Shown in pieces: positions 55,721-64,000 of a stretch of DNA of 64,000 nucleotides. Origin of the DNA: a virus. The DNA lies in IMG/VR virus record IMGVR_UViG_3300044620_000527, positions 1 through 64,000 of that record; one strand, given 5' to 3'. Under the pieces are notes generated by a model. That model did no database searches. It was not told the origin of the DNA and saw nothing but the letters and a program-made list of their open reading frames with translations. The position numbers were made by a program, and so were the translations under genes. Numbering within the stretch: the stretch's first letter is position 1; each line of letters starts with the position of its first letter.

Positions 55721-57358
55721 ATGGCATTTGATATATTCGGTTTTACTTTTGGTAGAACTAAAGAGCAACAACAATCTGTTCCCTCAGTAATTCCCCCGGC
55801 TATGGACGATGGCGCATCCTTCGTCCAAGCCGGTGGTTTTCAAGGCTGGTATGTAGATCTTGATGGTACTGTCAAGTCTGATGTAGATTTGGTTAAAAAG
55901 TATCGTGAAATGAGTCTTCATGCTGAAGTTGAAATGGGAATAGACGACATCGTAAATGAAGTAATAACCGAAGATGCTTCTGGTACATTTATTAAATTAA
56001 ATATAGACAAAGTAGATTCTAGTATTATTCCAGAAGAAGTTAAAAAAGTTTTATATGACGAATTTAAACACATTTTATTCTTATTGGATTTCAATAGAAA
56101 GTGTTATGAGATTGTTCGTCGCTGGTATATTGATGGTAGGTTATATTATCACATTATTCTGGAAGATGATCCACGACAAGGAATAAAAGAAGTACGACAA
56201 GTAGATCCTCTTAGAATTAAAAAAGTAAGAGAAATAAAGAAAAAACAAAAAGTAAATGGTGTTGATGTTATTGATGGTGTAGAAGAATATTATTTGTACA
56301 CCGTTCAAGAAAGATTTAACATGTATGATACCACTCAAGGTATCAAGTTATCTCCCGACTCCATTAATTACTGCCACTCTGGTTTATTTGATTACGGCAC
56401 AAAAAGAGTAGTAAGTTATCTTCATAAAGCAATTAAACCATTGAACCAATTAAGAATGGTCGAAGATGCTACCGTAATTTATCGTTGGTCAAGAGCACCA
56501 GAGCGTAGAATATTCTATATCGACGTTGGTTCTTTGCCAAAAAATAAAGCAGAGCAGTATCTAAGAGACATCATGTTGCGTTATCGCAATAAGATTACAT
56601 ACGATGCCGGTACTGGTGAAATCCGCGACGACAGAAAACACTTGAGTATGTTGGAAGATTATTGGCTCCCCCGTCGTGAAGGTGGTAAGGGAACAGAAAT
56701 TCAAACACTATCCGGTGGTCAAAATCTAGGTGAAATGGAAGATGTAAAATACTTCCAAAAGAAACTGTTTAGAAGTTTGAATATTCCTATGTCTCGTTTA
56801 GAAGCAGACAATGGATTTAACATGGGTAGAGCGGCGGATATTAGCAGAGATGAATTGAAGTTTGCTAAATTCATTTCTCGCCTTCGCTCTCGGTTCTCAG
56901 AGTTGTTCTTAAACTTTATGAGAACTCAATTGATTGCAAAAGGAATAGTAGATATTGACGAATGGAATAAGATTTGTCAATACATTCGTTTTGAATTTTC
57001 AACGGATTCAATGTTCTTAGAATCTAAGCAATCTGAAGTGCTAAAAGACAGAATGGCAATTTTGAGAGAAGTTTCCGATTATTCTGGTAAGTATTTCTCG
57101 GAAGAATGGATTAGAAAGAATATTCTTCATCAAACAGACGAAGACATTCAATTGATTGATTCTCAAATTGAACAAGAAAAAATGATACAAGAACAAAAGC
57201 AAATGGAAGAACAAATGCGCGCCGAGCAATTGGCAGCACAAACTATGGGTGTTCCTGGCGGTGCGCCTGGAGCAGGAGCATCTGCACCAAGTCAACCAAC
57301 AGCAGTTGCACCACAGCAATCAACGGGAGTAGATTACGATGCCAGCAGCCTTTTATGA
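55721..57358 (+). CDS. gp20: Portal protein gp20
   Basis: RRWYIDGRLYYH, SYLHKAIKPLNQLRMVEDATVIYR, RAPERRIFYIDVG and MLEDYWLPRREGGKGTEI. Confidence 0.98.
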   Translation: MAFDIFGFTFGRTKEQQQSVPSVIPPAMDDGASFVQAGGFQGWYVDLDGTVKSDVDLVKKYREMSLHAEVEMGIDDIVNEVITEDASGTFIKLNIDKVDSSIIPEEVKKVLYDEFKHILFLLDFNRKCYEIVRRWYIDGRLYYHIILEDDPRQGIKEVRQVDPLRIKKVREIKKKQKVNGVDVIDGVEEYYLYTVQERFNMYDTTQGIKLSPDSINYCHSGLFDYGTKRVVSYLHKAIKPLNQLRMVEDATVIYRWSRAPERRIFYIDVGSLPKNKAEQYLRDIMLRYRNKITYDAGTGEIRDDRKHLSMLEDYWLPRREGGKGTEIQTLSGGQNLGEMEDVKYFQKKLFRSLNIPMSRLEADNGFNMGRAADISRDELKFAKFISRLRSRFSELFLNFMRTQLIAKGIVDIDEWNKICQYIRFEFSTDSMFLESKQSEVLKDRMAILREVSDYSGKYFSEEWIRKNILHQTDEDIQLIDSQIEQEKMIQEQKQMEEQMRAEQLAAQTMGVPGGAPGAGASAPSQPTAVAPQQSTGVDYDASSLL

Positions 57359-57992
57359 ATTTAGTGTAGAACAAGGATCTGATTTCGTCACATCCTTTAA
57401 AATATTAAAACCAACTGGCGGTTTATTTAATTTTTTACCAGCAAATGGTGCTTCTTTTTGGAATAGTGCAAATACTTCAGTAAATTTTGATGTTCCTGAA
57501 GAAATTAAATTAGCATATCCAGAAAATGCTGATTCTTTTGGTTGGTTAAAAAATGTAACAACATCTGCTAGTTGGGTTGATAGAACTTTTCTTACCATAA
57601 GAATGAAAGTGAAAGATAACAAAGGTTGTCAAAAACTTAACGGTCAACGAATTTACAAAGCAGTTAGAAAAACAGCAACAGATGAAATAATTGTACAACA
57701 AGATGATACAAATTTTGTAGTGGATAATTCAAATCCAGGATCTTGTACTCCTATTGGTTCTGGTGCGGGTGCAATTAAAATGAAACTTTTTGATAATAGA
57801 ACTGACTATAATGCCAATTTAATTATACCTAATGCAAATACTTCTTTGTTTTTGGGTAAATATCTATATGACATTGAACTTGAATATAGGTTAGGAGTTT
57901 ATAATTCAAATCCAAATAATATAACTACAAGTGGATTTGTTATAAGAATGTTACAAGGAAAAATGACATTTAATCCAAATATTACTGCTTAA
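57339..57992 (+). CDS. BppU-like fibre adaptor / structural protein
   Basis: MPAAFYEFSVEQGSDF...KYLYDIELE...VIRMLQGKMTFNPNIT pattern. Confidence 0.55.
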   Translation: MPAAFYEFSVEQGSDFVTSFKILKPTGGLFNFLPANGASFWNSANTSVNFDVPEEIKLAYPENADSFGWLKNVTTSASWVDRTFLTIRMKVKDNKGCQKLNGQRIYKAVRKTATDEIIVQQDDTNFVVDNSNPGSCTPIGSGAGAIKMKLFDNRTDYNANLIIPNANTSLFLGKYLYDIELEYRLGVYNSNPNNITTSGFVIRMLQGKMTFNPNITA

Positions 57993-57993
57993 T

Positions 57994-59487
57994 ATGGCAA
58001 ACAATTTTAAAATATTTGTAAGTTCTTTTCCTACAAAGATTGCATTTAAAAGAAGTAATGCAATTGATGTCTATCAAATAAATAAAATTGAGTACACAGA
58101 AGCAAAAATTATTGAAAATCTTACGTTAGCCGGAGAACTGTACGGAGCAGGAACTACGGGTATAAATGTAGGGGAATCTTGTACATCAAATTTAATTGGT
58201 TGTGATGAAGAATTCGTAGCACCAACTCCAGAATGTGAAACCGGGGGAACGGGACCACGAGGGCCCGCTGGACCTGCTGGACCACAGGGACCTACCGGAC
58301 CACAGGGACCACCGGGTGCCGGAGGATCAAGAATATTCTGTGGTTATTTGGGAGGACCACCAAAACCACCAGAAGGTAAAATATCAGTTGATTGTTTAAA
58401 AAATGCAACAGGTTATGTTGTTAGTAGAGCACCTGGTCCAACTTGCAATGGTGGAGGAAATCCATTAGCGTCTGGTAGTGGTGCAAATTTAAACGAATTT
58501 AAGAAAAGATTTTTTACTACAGATGAGTACTATGTTATAGGAGATGTTAATGGTTGCGGATATTCTACAGTACCATTAGCGGATGGGTGTACAACAGGCA
58601 ACACTCACTATGAACATAGAACTGTATATAATGGTTATAAATCTAATGGTATTTGTTATTCATCGCAGCAATGGGATTTTGGTAAATACACACAATCCGT
58701 TCTAGGTACTACACTAACGGAAGAAAATAGAAGTTCTGTGGCTGCTTCGGCAAGAACAGGCGGTTCCAACCAATTAATTTTTATACCAACCCAACAAATA
58801 TATGGTGGTGCAGAAACTGCAAGATTGGATGATTGGTTCGATGTTGTTGGAGGTGGAACTGGTAATGGATTGTATGATATCTTGGCAGATTACAATCCAG
58901 ATTGTGGTCCAGAAGGACCACCAACAGCACCACCAATAGCAGATCAGGGATCTACTATTTGTGCAGATGGAATAGAACCATCCGGTGCGCCGTTGCCTGG
59001 AGATGAAAATGAATGTAATGGTGGTTGCAATAATCCAATATCAAATTGCGATGAAGTTACTGATGGAGATATATTCATCGATGCAACAAATGGAGTAATG
59101 TATTTTTACTCTGAAGGAGCGTGGTCCTCGCAGGGAATCCCTTTAGGGGGTGAGTCTGATTGTACAAAACAATCAGACTGCAAAGACAAAACTGGTGCTG
59201 GATCTTGCGAAGGAACCGTTACTTGTTTTTGTCCACCGGGTGAAAATTGCGGCGATTTTGCGGGATGCACAAGTCCAGAAGGTTGCTCTGATTGCGAAGC
59301 AGCAAAAGCAGCAGCAATAGAAATTTTAAAGGCATGCACAAATGGTACATGTGCTGGTGCAATTGCGGCGCTTGGTGGGGAATGTCCATCGAGTAGTGAT
59401 TGTGCAGATTGCATTAGTTCTTTCTATTGTTATTATTATAATGGTTATCATTATCCCGGAATAATTGTGGCGCCCGGTGGAGTTTAA
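57994..59487 (+). CDS. Collagen-repeat, cysteine-rich fibre-like protein
   Basis: GPR-GPA-GPA-GPQ-GPT-GPQ-GPP triplets, DGDIFIDATNGVMYFY fibre motif and dense Cys C-terminal region. Confidence 0.6.
   Translation: MANNFKIFVSSFPTKIAFKRSNAIDVYQINKIEYTEAKIIENLTLAGELYGAGTTGINVGESCTSNLIGCDEEFVAPTPECETGGTGPRGPAGPAGPQGPTGPQGPPGAGGSRIFCGYLGGPPKPPEGKISVDCLKNATGYVVSRAPGPTCNGGGNPLASGSGANLNEFKKRFFTTDEYYVIGDVNGCGYSTVPLADGCTTGNTHYEHRTVYNGYKSNGICYSSQQWDFGKYTQSVLGTTLTEENRSSVAASARTGGSNQLIFIPTQQIYGGAETARLDDWFDVVGGGTGNGLYDILADYNPDCGPEGPPTAPPIADQGSTICADGIEPSGAPLPGDENECNGGCNNPISNCDEVTDGDIFIDATNGVMYFYSEGAWSSQGIPLGGESDCTKQSDCKDKTGAGSCEGTVTCFCPPGENCGDFAGCTSPEGCSDCEAAKAAAIEILKACTNGTCAGAIAALGGECPSSSDCADCISSFYCYYYNGYHYPGIIVAPGGV
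58243..58326 (+). repeat. Collagen-like Gly-X-Y repeat
   Basis: About 9 consecutive G-X-Y triplets; locally GC-rich. Confidence 0.85.
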
Positions 59488-59494
59488 TTTAATT

Positions 59495-60466
59495 ATGAAA
59501 TTGATACACAGTTTTTCAACTAATATTGATGATACACAAAACACTAAAGAAGCAATAAACTCAAAAAAATGGGGAGACAGTCTATCCAAAAGAAGAGTTC
59601 ATTGGTATTGTTGGGTTTGGTCTTTTTTATCTGCCTCTAAACATTCCGATCAATTTGAGTTATATACTGATGCTATGGGTGCAGATATTTTAGTTGGTGC
59701 ATTAAATTTACCATACAGTAGAGTTAATTTGACATTAGATGGTATAAACAAAAAATACTTGTATCTTGGGAAAATAAAAACATATGCAGTTCAAAGAGAA
59801 CCGTTTTTACACATGGATGGTGATGTTGTTTTTAGAGAATTTTTCCCCACCAATTTGCCTAATCTATATGCACAACAATATTCATGGTGGTTAAAGGATT
59901 TATACCAAAACATTTTAGTACTATTGTTTAATAATAATTTTGAAGCAATACCCGAAGAATTTAAAAAATTAAACATTCTAACAATGAAAAATTCCGAGTT
60001 TGGAACTCTAAATGCGGGAGTATTTGGTGGAACTGATTTAGAATTAATACGAGAATGTGCAAATAAAACTTTATTGTTTTTTGAAAATACACACAATACA
60101 AAATTATTAAATGATCTGCTGGATGAGTTTAGTCTTATGACTTTTTATGCAAATAATAAAAAAGGTAGTACATATACACAAACCGCATTATTTTCTTTAT
60201 TTGAAGAGTTTTTACCAGTTTTAATGTATAAACAAAAGTATAAAAATTTAGATGGGTTAAAAACCGTATTAAATGAAGAAGACATAGAAAAAGAACACAC
60301 AGTAGAATTAAATATTGATAGAAGTACAAAGTTAAAATATGTGCATTTAATGGATGCAAAACGTGATGATGGAGAACCAAGCATAGCATATAGACAACGC
60401 TTTATCCAAAAGTTCAGAGAAGAGTATCCAGAGTGGGCAGCCAAAGTCGATACATATCTAAGTTAA
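59495..60466 (+). CDS. DUF6734-like protein, putative GT-A glycosyltransferase
   Basis: ELYTD, LGKIKTY, EPFLHMDGDV (DxD), LNAGVFGG, FEE and YVHL; ATG 59495 preferred over GTG 59465. Confidence 0.55.
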   Translation: MKLIHSFSTNIDDTQNTKEAINSKKWGDSLSKRRVHWYCWVWSFLSASKHSDQFELYTDAMGADILVGALNLPYSRVNLTLDGINKKYLYLGKIKTYAVQREPFLHMDGDVVFREFFPTNLPNLYAQQYSWWLKDLYQNILVLLFNNNFEAIPEEFKKLNILTMKNSEFGTLNAGVFGGTDLELIRECANKTLLFFENTHNTKLLNDLLDEFSLMTFYANNKKGSTYTQTALFSLFEEFLPVLMYKQKYKNLDGLKTVLNEEDIEKEHTVELNIDRSTKLKYVHLMDAKRDDGEPSIAYRQRFIQKFREEYPEWAAKVDTYLS

Positions 60467-60472
60467 TAAAAC

Positions 60473-60480
60473 TATAAATA
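60473..60480 (+). promoter_or_regulatory. T4 late promoter
   Basis: Exact TATAAATA, intergenic, before the prohead core gene. Confidence 0.8.
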
Positions 60481-60498
60481 ATAAAAAAGAGGTATTCT

Positions 60499-60774
60499 AT
60501 GTCTAGCGAAAAAATAATCGATGCACTATTCGATAACAATTTAGAAAAATTCCGAACAGAAGTTCGTACTGCTTTATACACAAAAGCAGGAGAGTATATG
60601 AACAACGCAAAGCAAACCGTTGCTGGTGTCATGATGAATCCTCCAGAAGAAGTACAAGAGGAAAAAAAGAAACTATCTAAAGAGCAATTAGCAGCAGTAA
60701 GAGCACCACATGATAAGATTACCCGTGGAGACATTATTGCTCTTGCTCAAAAGAACGCAAAGAAAAAGGGGTAA
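60499..60774 (+). CDS. Small prohead core protein (gp67/gp68 position)
   Basis: Small charged helical protein immediately before gp21; SD GAGGT. Confidence 0.55.
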   Translation: MSSEKIIDALFDNNLEKFRTEVRTALYTKAGEYMNNAKQTVAGVMMNPPEEVQEEKKKLSKEQLAAVRAPHDKITRGDIIALAQKNAKKKG

Positions 60775-60779
60775 TATAG

Positions 60780-61427
60780 ATGAAACTTATTACTGAAACA
60801 AGACAACAAGACATTCAATATGTTTCTGAAGCCGCAGAGGGTGGTAAGAAGTCTTACTTCATTCGTGGTGTTTTCGCAGAGTCCAATAAGGTAAACAAGA
60901 ATCAACGATTTTACGAAGGACCAGTCATGGAGATGGCTGTACAAACATACAATGATACCTTTGTAAAAAATAGTCGCGCTTTGGGTGAACTTGGACATCC
61001 AGAAGGACCAACTGTTAATTTAGAAAGAGTATGCCACATGATCAAAGATCTTCATGTGGAGGGTAGTCAAGTAATGGGTAATGCAAAGATCATGGACACC
61101 CCATATGGTAGAATTGTACAAAACCTTATTGATGAAGGTGCTAAACTTGGAGTGTCTACCCGTGGTATGGGTTCATTGGCTGAGCGTAATGGAGTCAATT
61201 ATGTGCAAAAAGACTTCATGCTTGCCGCTGTCGATGTAGTTGCAGATCCCTCTGCACCAAACGCATTCGTAGACGGCATCATGGAAGGTAAAGAATGGGT
61301 TTGGGACAATGGTGTTTTCAAACCAACAATCATTGAGAATTACAAAAAACAAATTGAAAAAGCAGGATCAAGAAACTTGGAAGAAGCCAAATTAAAAGTA
61401 TTCCGCGATTTCTTATCTAAATTGTGA
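60780..61427 (+). CDS. gp21: Prohead protease gp21
   Basis: MKLITE, RALGELGHPEGPTVNLERVCH, LGVSTRGMGSL and DVVADPSAPNAFVDGIMEGKEW. Confidence 0.97.
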   Translation: MKLITETRQQDIQYVSEAAEGGKKSYFIRGVFAESNKVNKNQRFYEGPVMEMAVQTYNDTFVKNSRALGELGHPEGPTVNLERVCHMIKDLHVEGSQVMGNAKIMDTPYGRIVQNLIDEGAKLGVSTRGMGSLAERNGVNYVQKDFMLAAVDVVADPSAPNAFVDGIMEGKEWVWDNGVFKPTIIENYKKQIEKAGSRNLEEAKLKVFRDFLSKL

Positions 61428-61431
61428 AATG

Positions 61432-61439
61432 TATAAATA
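61432..61439 (+). promoter_or_regulatory. T4 late promoter
   Basis: Exact TATAAATA upstream of gp22. Confidence 0.8.
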
Positions 61440-61469
61440 ACTGAGCGACAAATCAAGGAGATTTAACAA

Positions 61470-62693
61470 ATGGACCCCAAGAAAATTGCAGAAGAAATCG
61501 TAAAAGATTTATTCGATACATATGAACTCGTCGAAGAAAAAGAAGAAATGGACGAGGAAGAAGAAGGCGAAGAAGAAGAAGAAGCCGGTGAGGAAGAAGA
61601 AGGCGAAGAAGAAGAAGCCGGTGAGGAAGAAGAAGCTGGTGAGGAAGAAGAAGGCGAAGAAGAAGCAGAGGACAAGGCTCCAGTTGCTAAAGCAGTTGGT
61701 AATGCCATGAAGGGTTCTGCTACTACATCTGCTGCCGCTTCAATCTCCCTTAAAGGTCAATTACCACAACCAACAAAGGGCAGTGGACATGTTCATGATG
61801 CCTTGGGTGGTGGTGTAAAAGATGCACATGGTGGTGGCGAACAAATCATCCAACCAACTGGTGGAAATGCAGGTGCATTGGCTGCAACCCTCAACATGAA
61901 GCCATCTTTCACTTCCCCACAAGCACCACAAATGACCAGCGAACAATTGGCTTCTGATATTACAGCAATCTTCGGTTCACAAGAACTATCTGAAGATTTT
62001 GTAAAGAACGCCGCTTCAATTTACGAAGCCGCAGTTGCTTCAAAGGTTGAAACAATTGCAGAAGCATTAGTCGAACAATTTGAAGAAAAGTTGGTAGAAG
62101 AAGTAGAAACTGTAAAGTCTGCTTTGGTAGAACAACTTGATAATTATTTGGCTTATGTTGTTCAAGAGTGGGCAAAAGAAAATGCAGTTGCCATTGAAAA
62201 TGGTTTAAGAACTGAAATTGCAGAAGACTTCATCAATGGTTTGAAGAATCTTTTTGCAGAATCTTATGTTGAAATCCCAGAAGAGAAAGTAGATTTGTTT
62301 GCTGAACTTTCAGAAGCAGTCGAAACTCTTGAAGGTAGAATAAACGAAGAGATTGAAAAGAACGTAGTTCTCAATCAAGAAATCAGTTTACTAACTGCTC
62401 AAAGAGTATTTGCTGAAGAAACAAGAGGTTTGACTGTTCTTCAAGCAGAAAAAGCAAGAGAGATTGCAGAAAATCTTGAATACTCTGGAGAAGAAGATTT
62501 CCGCAGTAAAGTAAAGACCTTGGTTGAAGGTGTTGTTTCTGGAAGTAAAAAAGTTGCACCAAAGAATGTTCAAAAAGTAAATGAACAAATTACACTTTTG
62601 GAACAAGCAACTGAAGATGAGCCAGAGCAAGAAACACTCTCTCCACTCATGGAACTTTATTCAAACACAATTAACAGAACACTAAAATCTTAA
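61470..62693 (+). CDS. gp22: Prohead scaffolding protein gp22
   Basis: LSEDFVKNAASIYEAAV, DNYLAYVVQEWAKENAVAIENGLRTEIAEDFINGLKNLFAESYVEIPEEK; between gp21 and gp23. Confidence 0.95.
   Translation: MDPKKIAEEIVKDLFDTYELVEEKEEMDEEEEGEEEEEAGEEEEGEEEEAGEEEEAGEEEEGEEEAEDKAPVAKAVGNAMKGSATTSAAASISLKGQLPQPTKGSGHVHDALGGGVKDAHGGGEQIIQPTGGNAGALAATLNMKPSFTSPQAPQMTSEQLASDITAIFGSQELSEDFVKNAASIYEAAVASKVETIAEALVEQFEEKLVEEVETVKSALVEQLDNYLAYVVQEWAKENAVAIENGLRTEIAEDFINGLKNLFAESYVEIPEEKVDLFAELSEAVETLEGRINEEIEKNVVLNQEISLLTAQRVFAEETRGLTVLQAEKAREIAENLEYSGEEDFRSKVKTLVEGVVSGSKKVAPKNVQKVNEQITLLEQATEDEPEQETLSPLMELYSNTINRTLKS
61554..61670 (+). repeat. GAA-rich tandem repeat encoding (EEEEG/EEEEAG)n
   Basis: Repeated gaggaagaagaaggcgaagaagaagaagccggt-type units. 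Confidence 0.9.
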
Positions 62694-62710
62694 TTCAAAA
62701 ATTGAGAAAT

Positions 62711-62718
62711 TATAAATA
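62711..62718 (+). promoter_or_regulatory. T4 late promoter
   Basis: Exact TATAAATA upstream of gp23. Confidence 0.85.
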
Positions 62719-62753
62719 AACTCAGACAAAAAGGTTTAAAGGAGCAAAGAAAA

Positions 62754-64000
62754 ATGGACCCTAATCGTCAAATGATCACAGAATCTGCCCGCAAGAAGTG
62801 GCAACCAATCCTTGAGCACAAGGCATTGCCAGAAATCAAGGACAGTTATAAGAAGACTGTAACAACAATCCTCTTGGAGAACCAAGAGCGCGCCCTCCGC
62901 GAATCATACCAAGGTATTGCCGGTACAGGACTCGGTAACATTGGTGGGTTTGAAGCCGGTGCAACCTCAACAACTGGTACTGGTATCGATTCATTCGATC
63001 CAATCATGATCAGTTTGGTTCGTCGCGCTATGCCAAATTTGATGGCTTACGACATCGCTGGTGTTCAACCAATGAACGGCCCAACCGGCTTGATCTTCGC
63101 AATGAAGACAAAGTATCAAAACGCTGGTACAGGAACAATTGGTGCCCGCGCTGGTAATGCCAGTGAAGCACTGTTCAAGGAAGCCAACACAAGTTGGTCC
63201 GGTGAAACTGGTGCTGCTGGTGACATGGGAGATATCTTCCAAGATGACGCCGGTTCAACCGATGGACGCTTCGAAGCCGGTCGTGGATTTGCCACATCTA
63301 AGGGTGAAAAACTCGGAGATGGTACAAATAACTTTAACGAAATGTCTTTCACAATCGAAAAGACAGCCGTTACAGCCAAGACTCGCGCCCTCAAGGCAGA
63401 GTACACAACAGAACTCGCTCAAGACCTCAAGGCCGTTCACGGACTTGACGCTGAGACAGAGTTGGCTAACATCCTCTCAACTGAAATCATGTTTGAAATC
63501 AACCGCGAGTTGGTTCGTCAAATCTATGATGTCGCTAAGTTGGGTTGCCAACAAGCCGACCTCGCCGGTAAGGCTACAGGTGGTGGTTTGAATGGTGCCG
63601 CAGGTGGTGGTACATATAACCTAGAACTTGACTCCGATGGACGTTGGAGTGCTGAAAAGTTCCGTGGTTTGACCTTCCAAATCGAGCGCGAGTGCAACGT
63701 AGTAGGTGCTGAGACTCGTCGTGGTAAGGGTAACTTTATCATCACAAGTCCAGACGTTGCTGCTGCCCTCAGTATGAGTGGTTTGCTCGACTTCTCTCCA
63801 GCATTCAGTGGTGCTCTTAACACAGACGTTAATGGTAACACCTTCGCTGGTACACTCCACGGTGGACGCATCAAGGTTTACATTGATCCATATTCAATGC
63901 CAACCCACACAGAAACCTTCTCACCAATCAATTTCGTATGCGTAGGATATAAGGGAACAAGTCCATACGACGCTGGTCTCTTCTACTGCCCATACGTTCC
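62754..64000 (+). CDS. gp23: Major capsid protein gp23 (3'-truncated by window edge)
   Basis: Manual translation MDPNRQMITESARKKWQPILEH...LLENQE...FDPIMISLVRRAMPNLMAYDIAGVQPMNGPTGLIFAM...EMSFTIEKTAVTAKTRALKAEYTTELAQDLKAVHGLDAE...YDAGLFYCPYV. Confidence 0.98.
   Translation, partial: MDPNRQMITESARKKWQPILEHKALPEIKDSYKKTVTTILLENQERALRESYQGIAGTGLGNIGGFEAGATSTTGTGIDSFDPIMISLVRRAMPNLMAYDIAGVQPMNGPTGLIFAMKTKYQNAGTGTIGARAGNASEALFKEANTSWSGETGAAGDMGDIFQDDAGSTDGRFEAGRGFATSKGEKLGDGTNNFNEMSFTIEKTAVTAKTRALKAEYTTELAQDLKAVHGLDAETELANILSTEIMFEINRELVRQIYDVAKLGCQQADLAGKATGGGLNGAAGGGTYNLELDSDGRWSAEKFRGLTFQIERECNVVGAETRRGKGNFIITSPDVAAALSMSGLLDFSPAFSGALNTDVNGNTFAGTLHGGRIKVYIDPYSMPTHTETFSPINFVCVGYKGTSPYDAGLFYCPYV

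Noticed and set aside
51587-57358. Inteins, introns or homing endonucleases in terminase, sheath or portal genes
   Set aside because: ORFs have normal lengths and continuous motifs; no splice-junction, LAGLIDADG, HNH or GIY-YIG motifs seen.
61554-61670. Possible CRISPR-like or non-coding repeat array
   Set aside because: No unique spacers; it is an in-frame coding low-complexity repeat.
61522-61710. Lys-rich histone-like ORF (KKKKPVRKKK)
   Set aside because: Alternate-frame reading of the GAA repeat in gp22; the Ser-rich antisense ORF has the same cause.
62991-63874. Several ORF-track ORFs near the right end
   Set aside because: Shadows of gp23, which the track missed because it has no stop codon within the window.

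Overview
A 64 kb, AT-rich, gene-dense segment of a T4-like myophage genome, with gene order resembling aquatic T4-like or cyanophage-type phages. It starts with the end of a nucleotide-sugar modification cluster (GNAT, DUF4254-like, SAM methyltransferase, DegT aminotransferase, NAD-dependent epimerase), followed by gp33 and gp32. A minus-strand block carries putative tape measure/gp29, gp51, gp26, gp54, gp2 and gp4. The long plus-strand virion module runs gp48, 53, 27-like, split gp5, a TM+GAF protein, 25, 6, 7, a 3976-aa multi-enzyme protein, 8, a split DUF4815 protein, fibres, 13-20, a three-gene insert, 67/68-like, 21, 22 and a truncated gp23. Main highlights: (1) a candidate programmed -1 frameshift joining gp26 to gp51 just upstream of the tape-measure gene, like lambda G/GT; (2) a hairpin hiding the gp13 Shine-Dalgarno with a TATAAATA late promoter in its loop; (3) the giant esterase/beta-helix/RCC1 protein inside the baseplate operon; (4) an adaptor/collagen-Cys fibre/DxD glycosyltransferase-like cassette between portal and prohead genes, possibly linked to the sugar cluster as a virion glycosylation system; (5) repeated fission of structural genes. 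No tRNA, CRISPR, intron, intein or mobile element was recognised. All family assignments come from motif recognition by eye; no searches were run.
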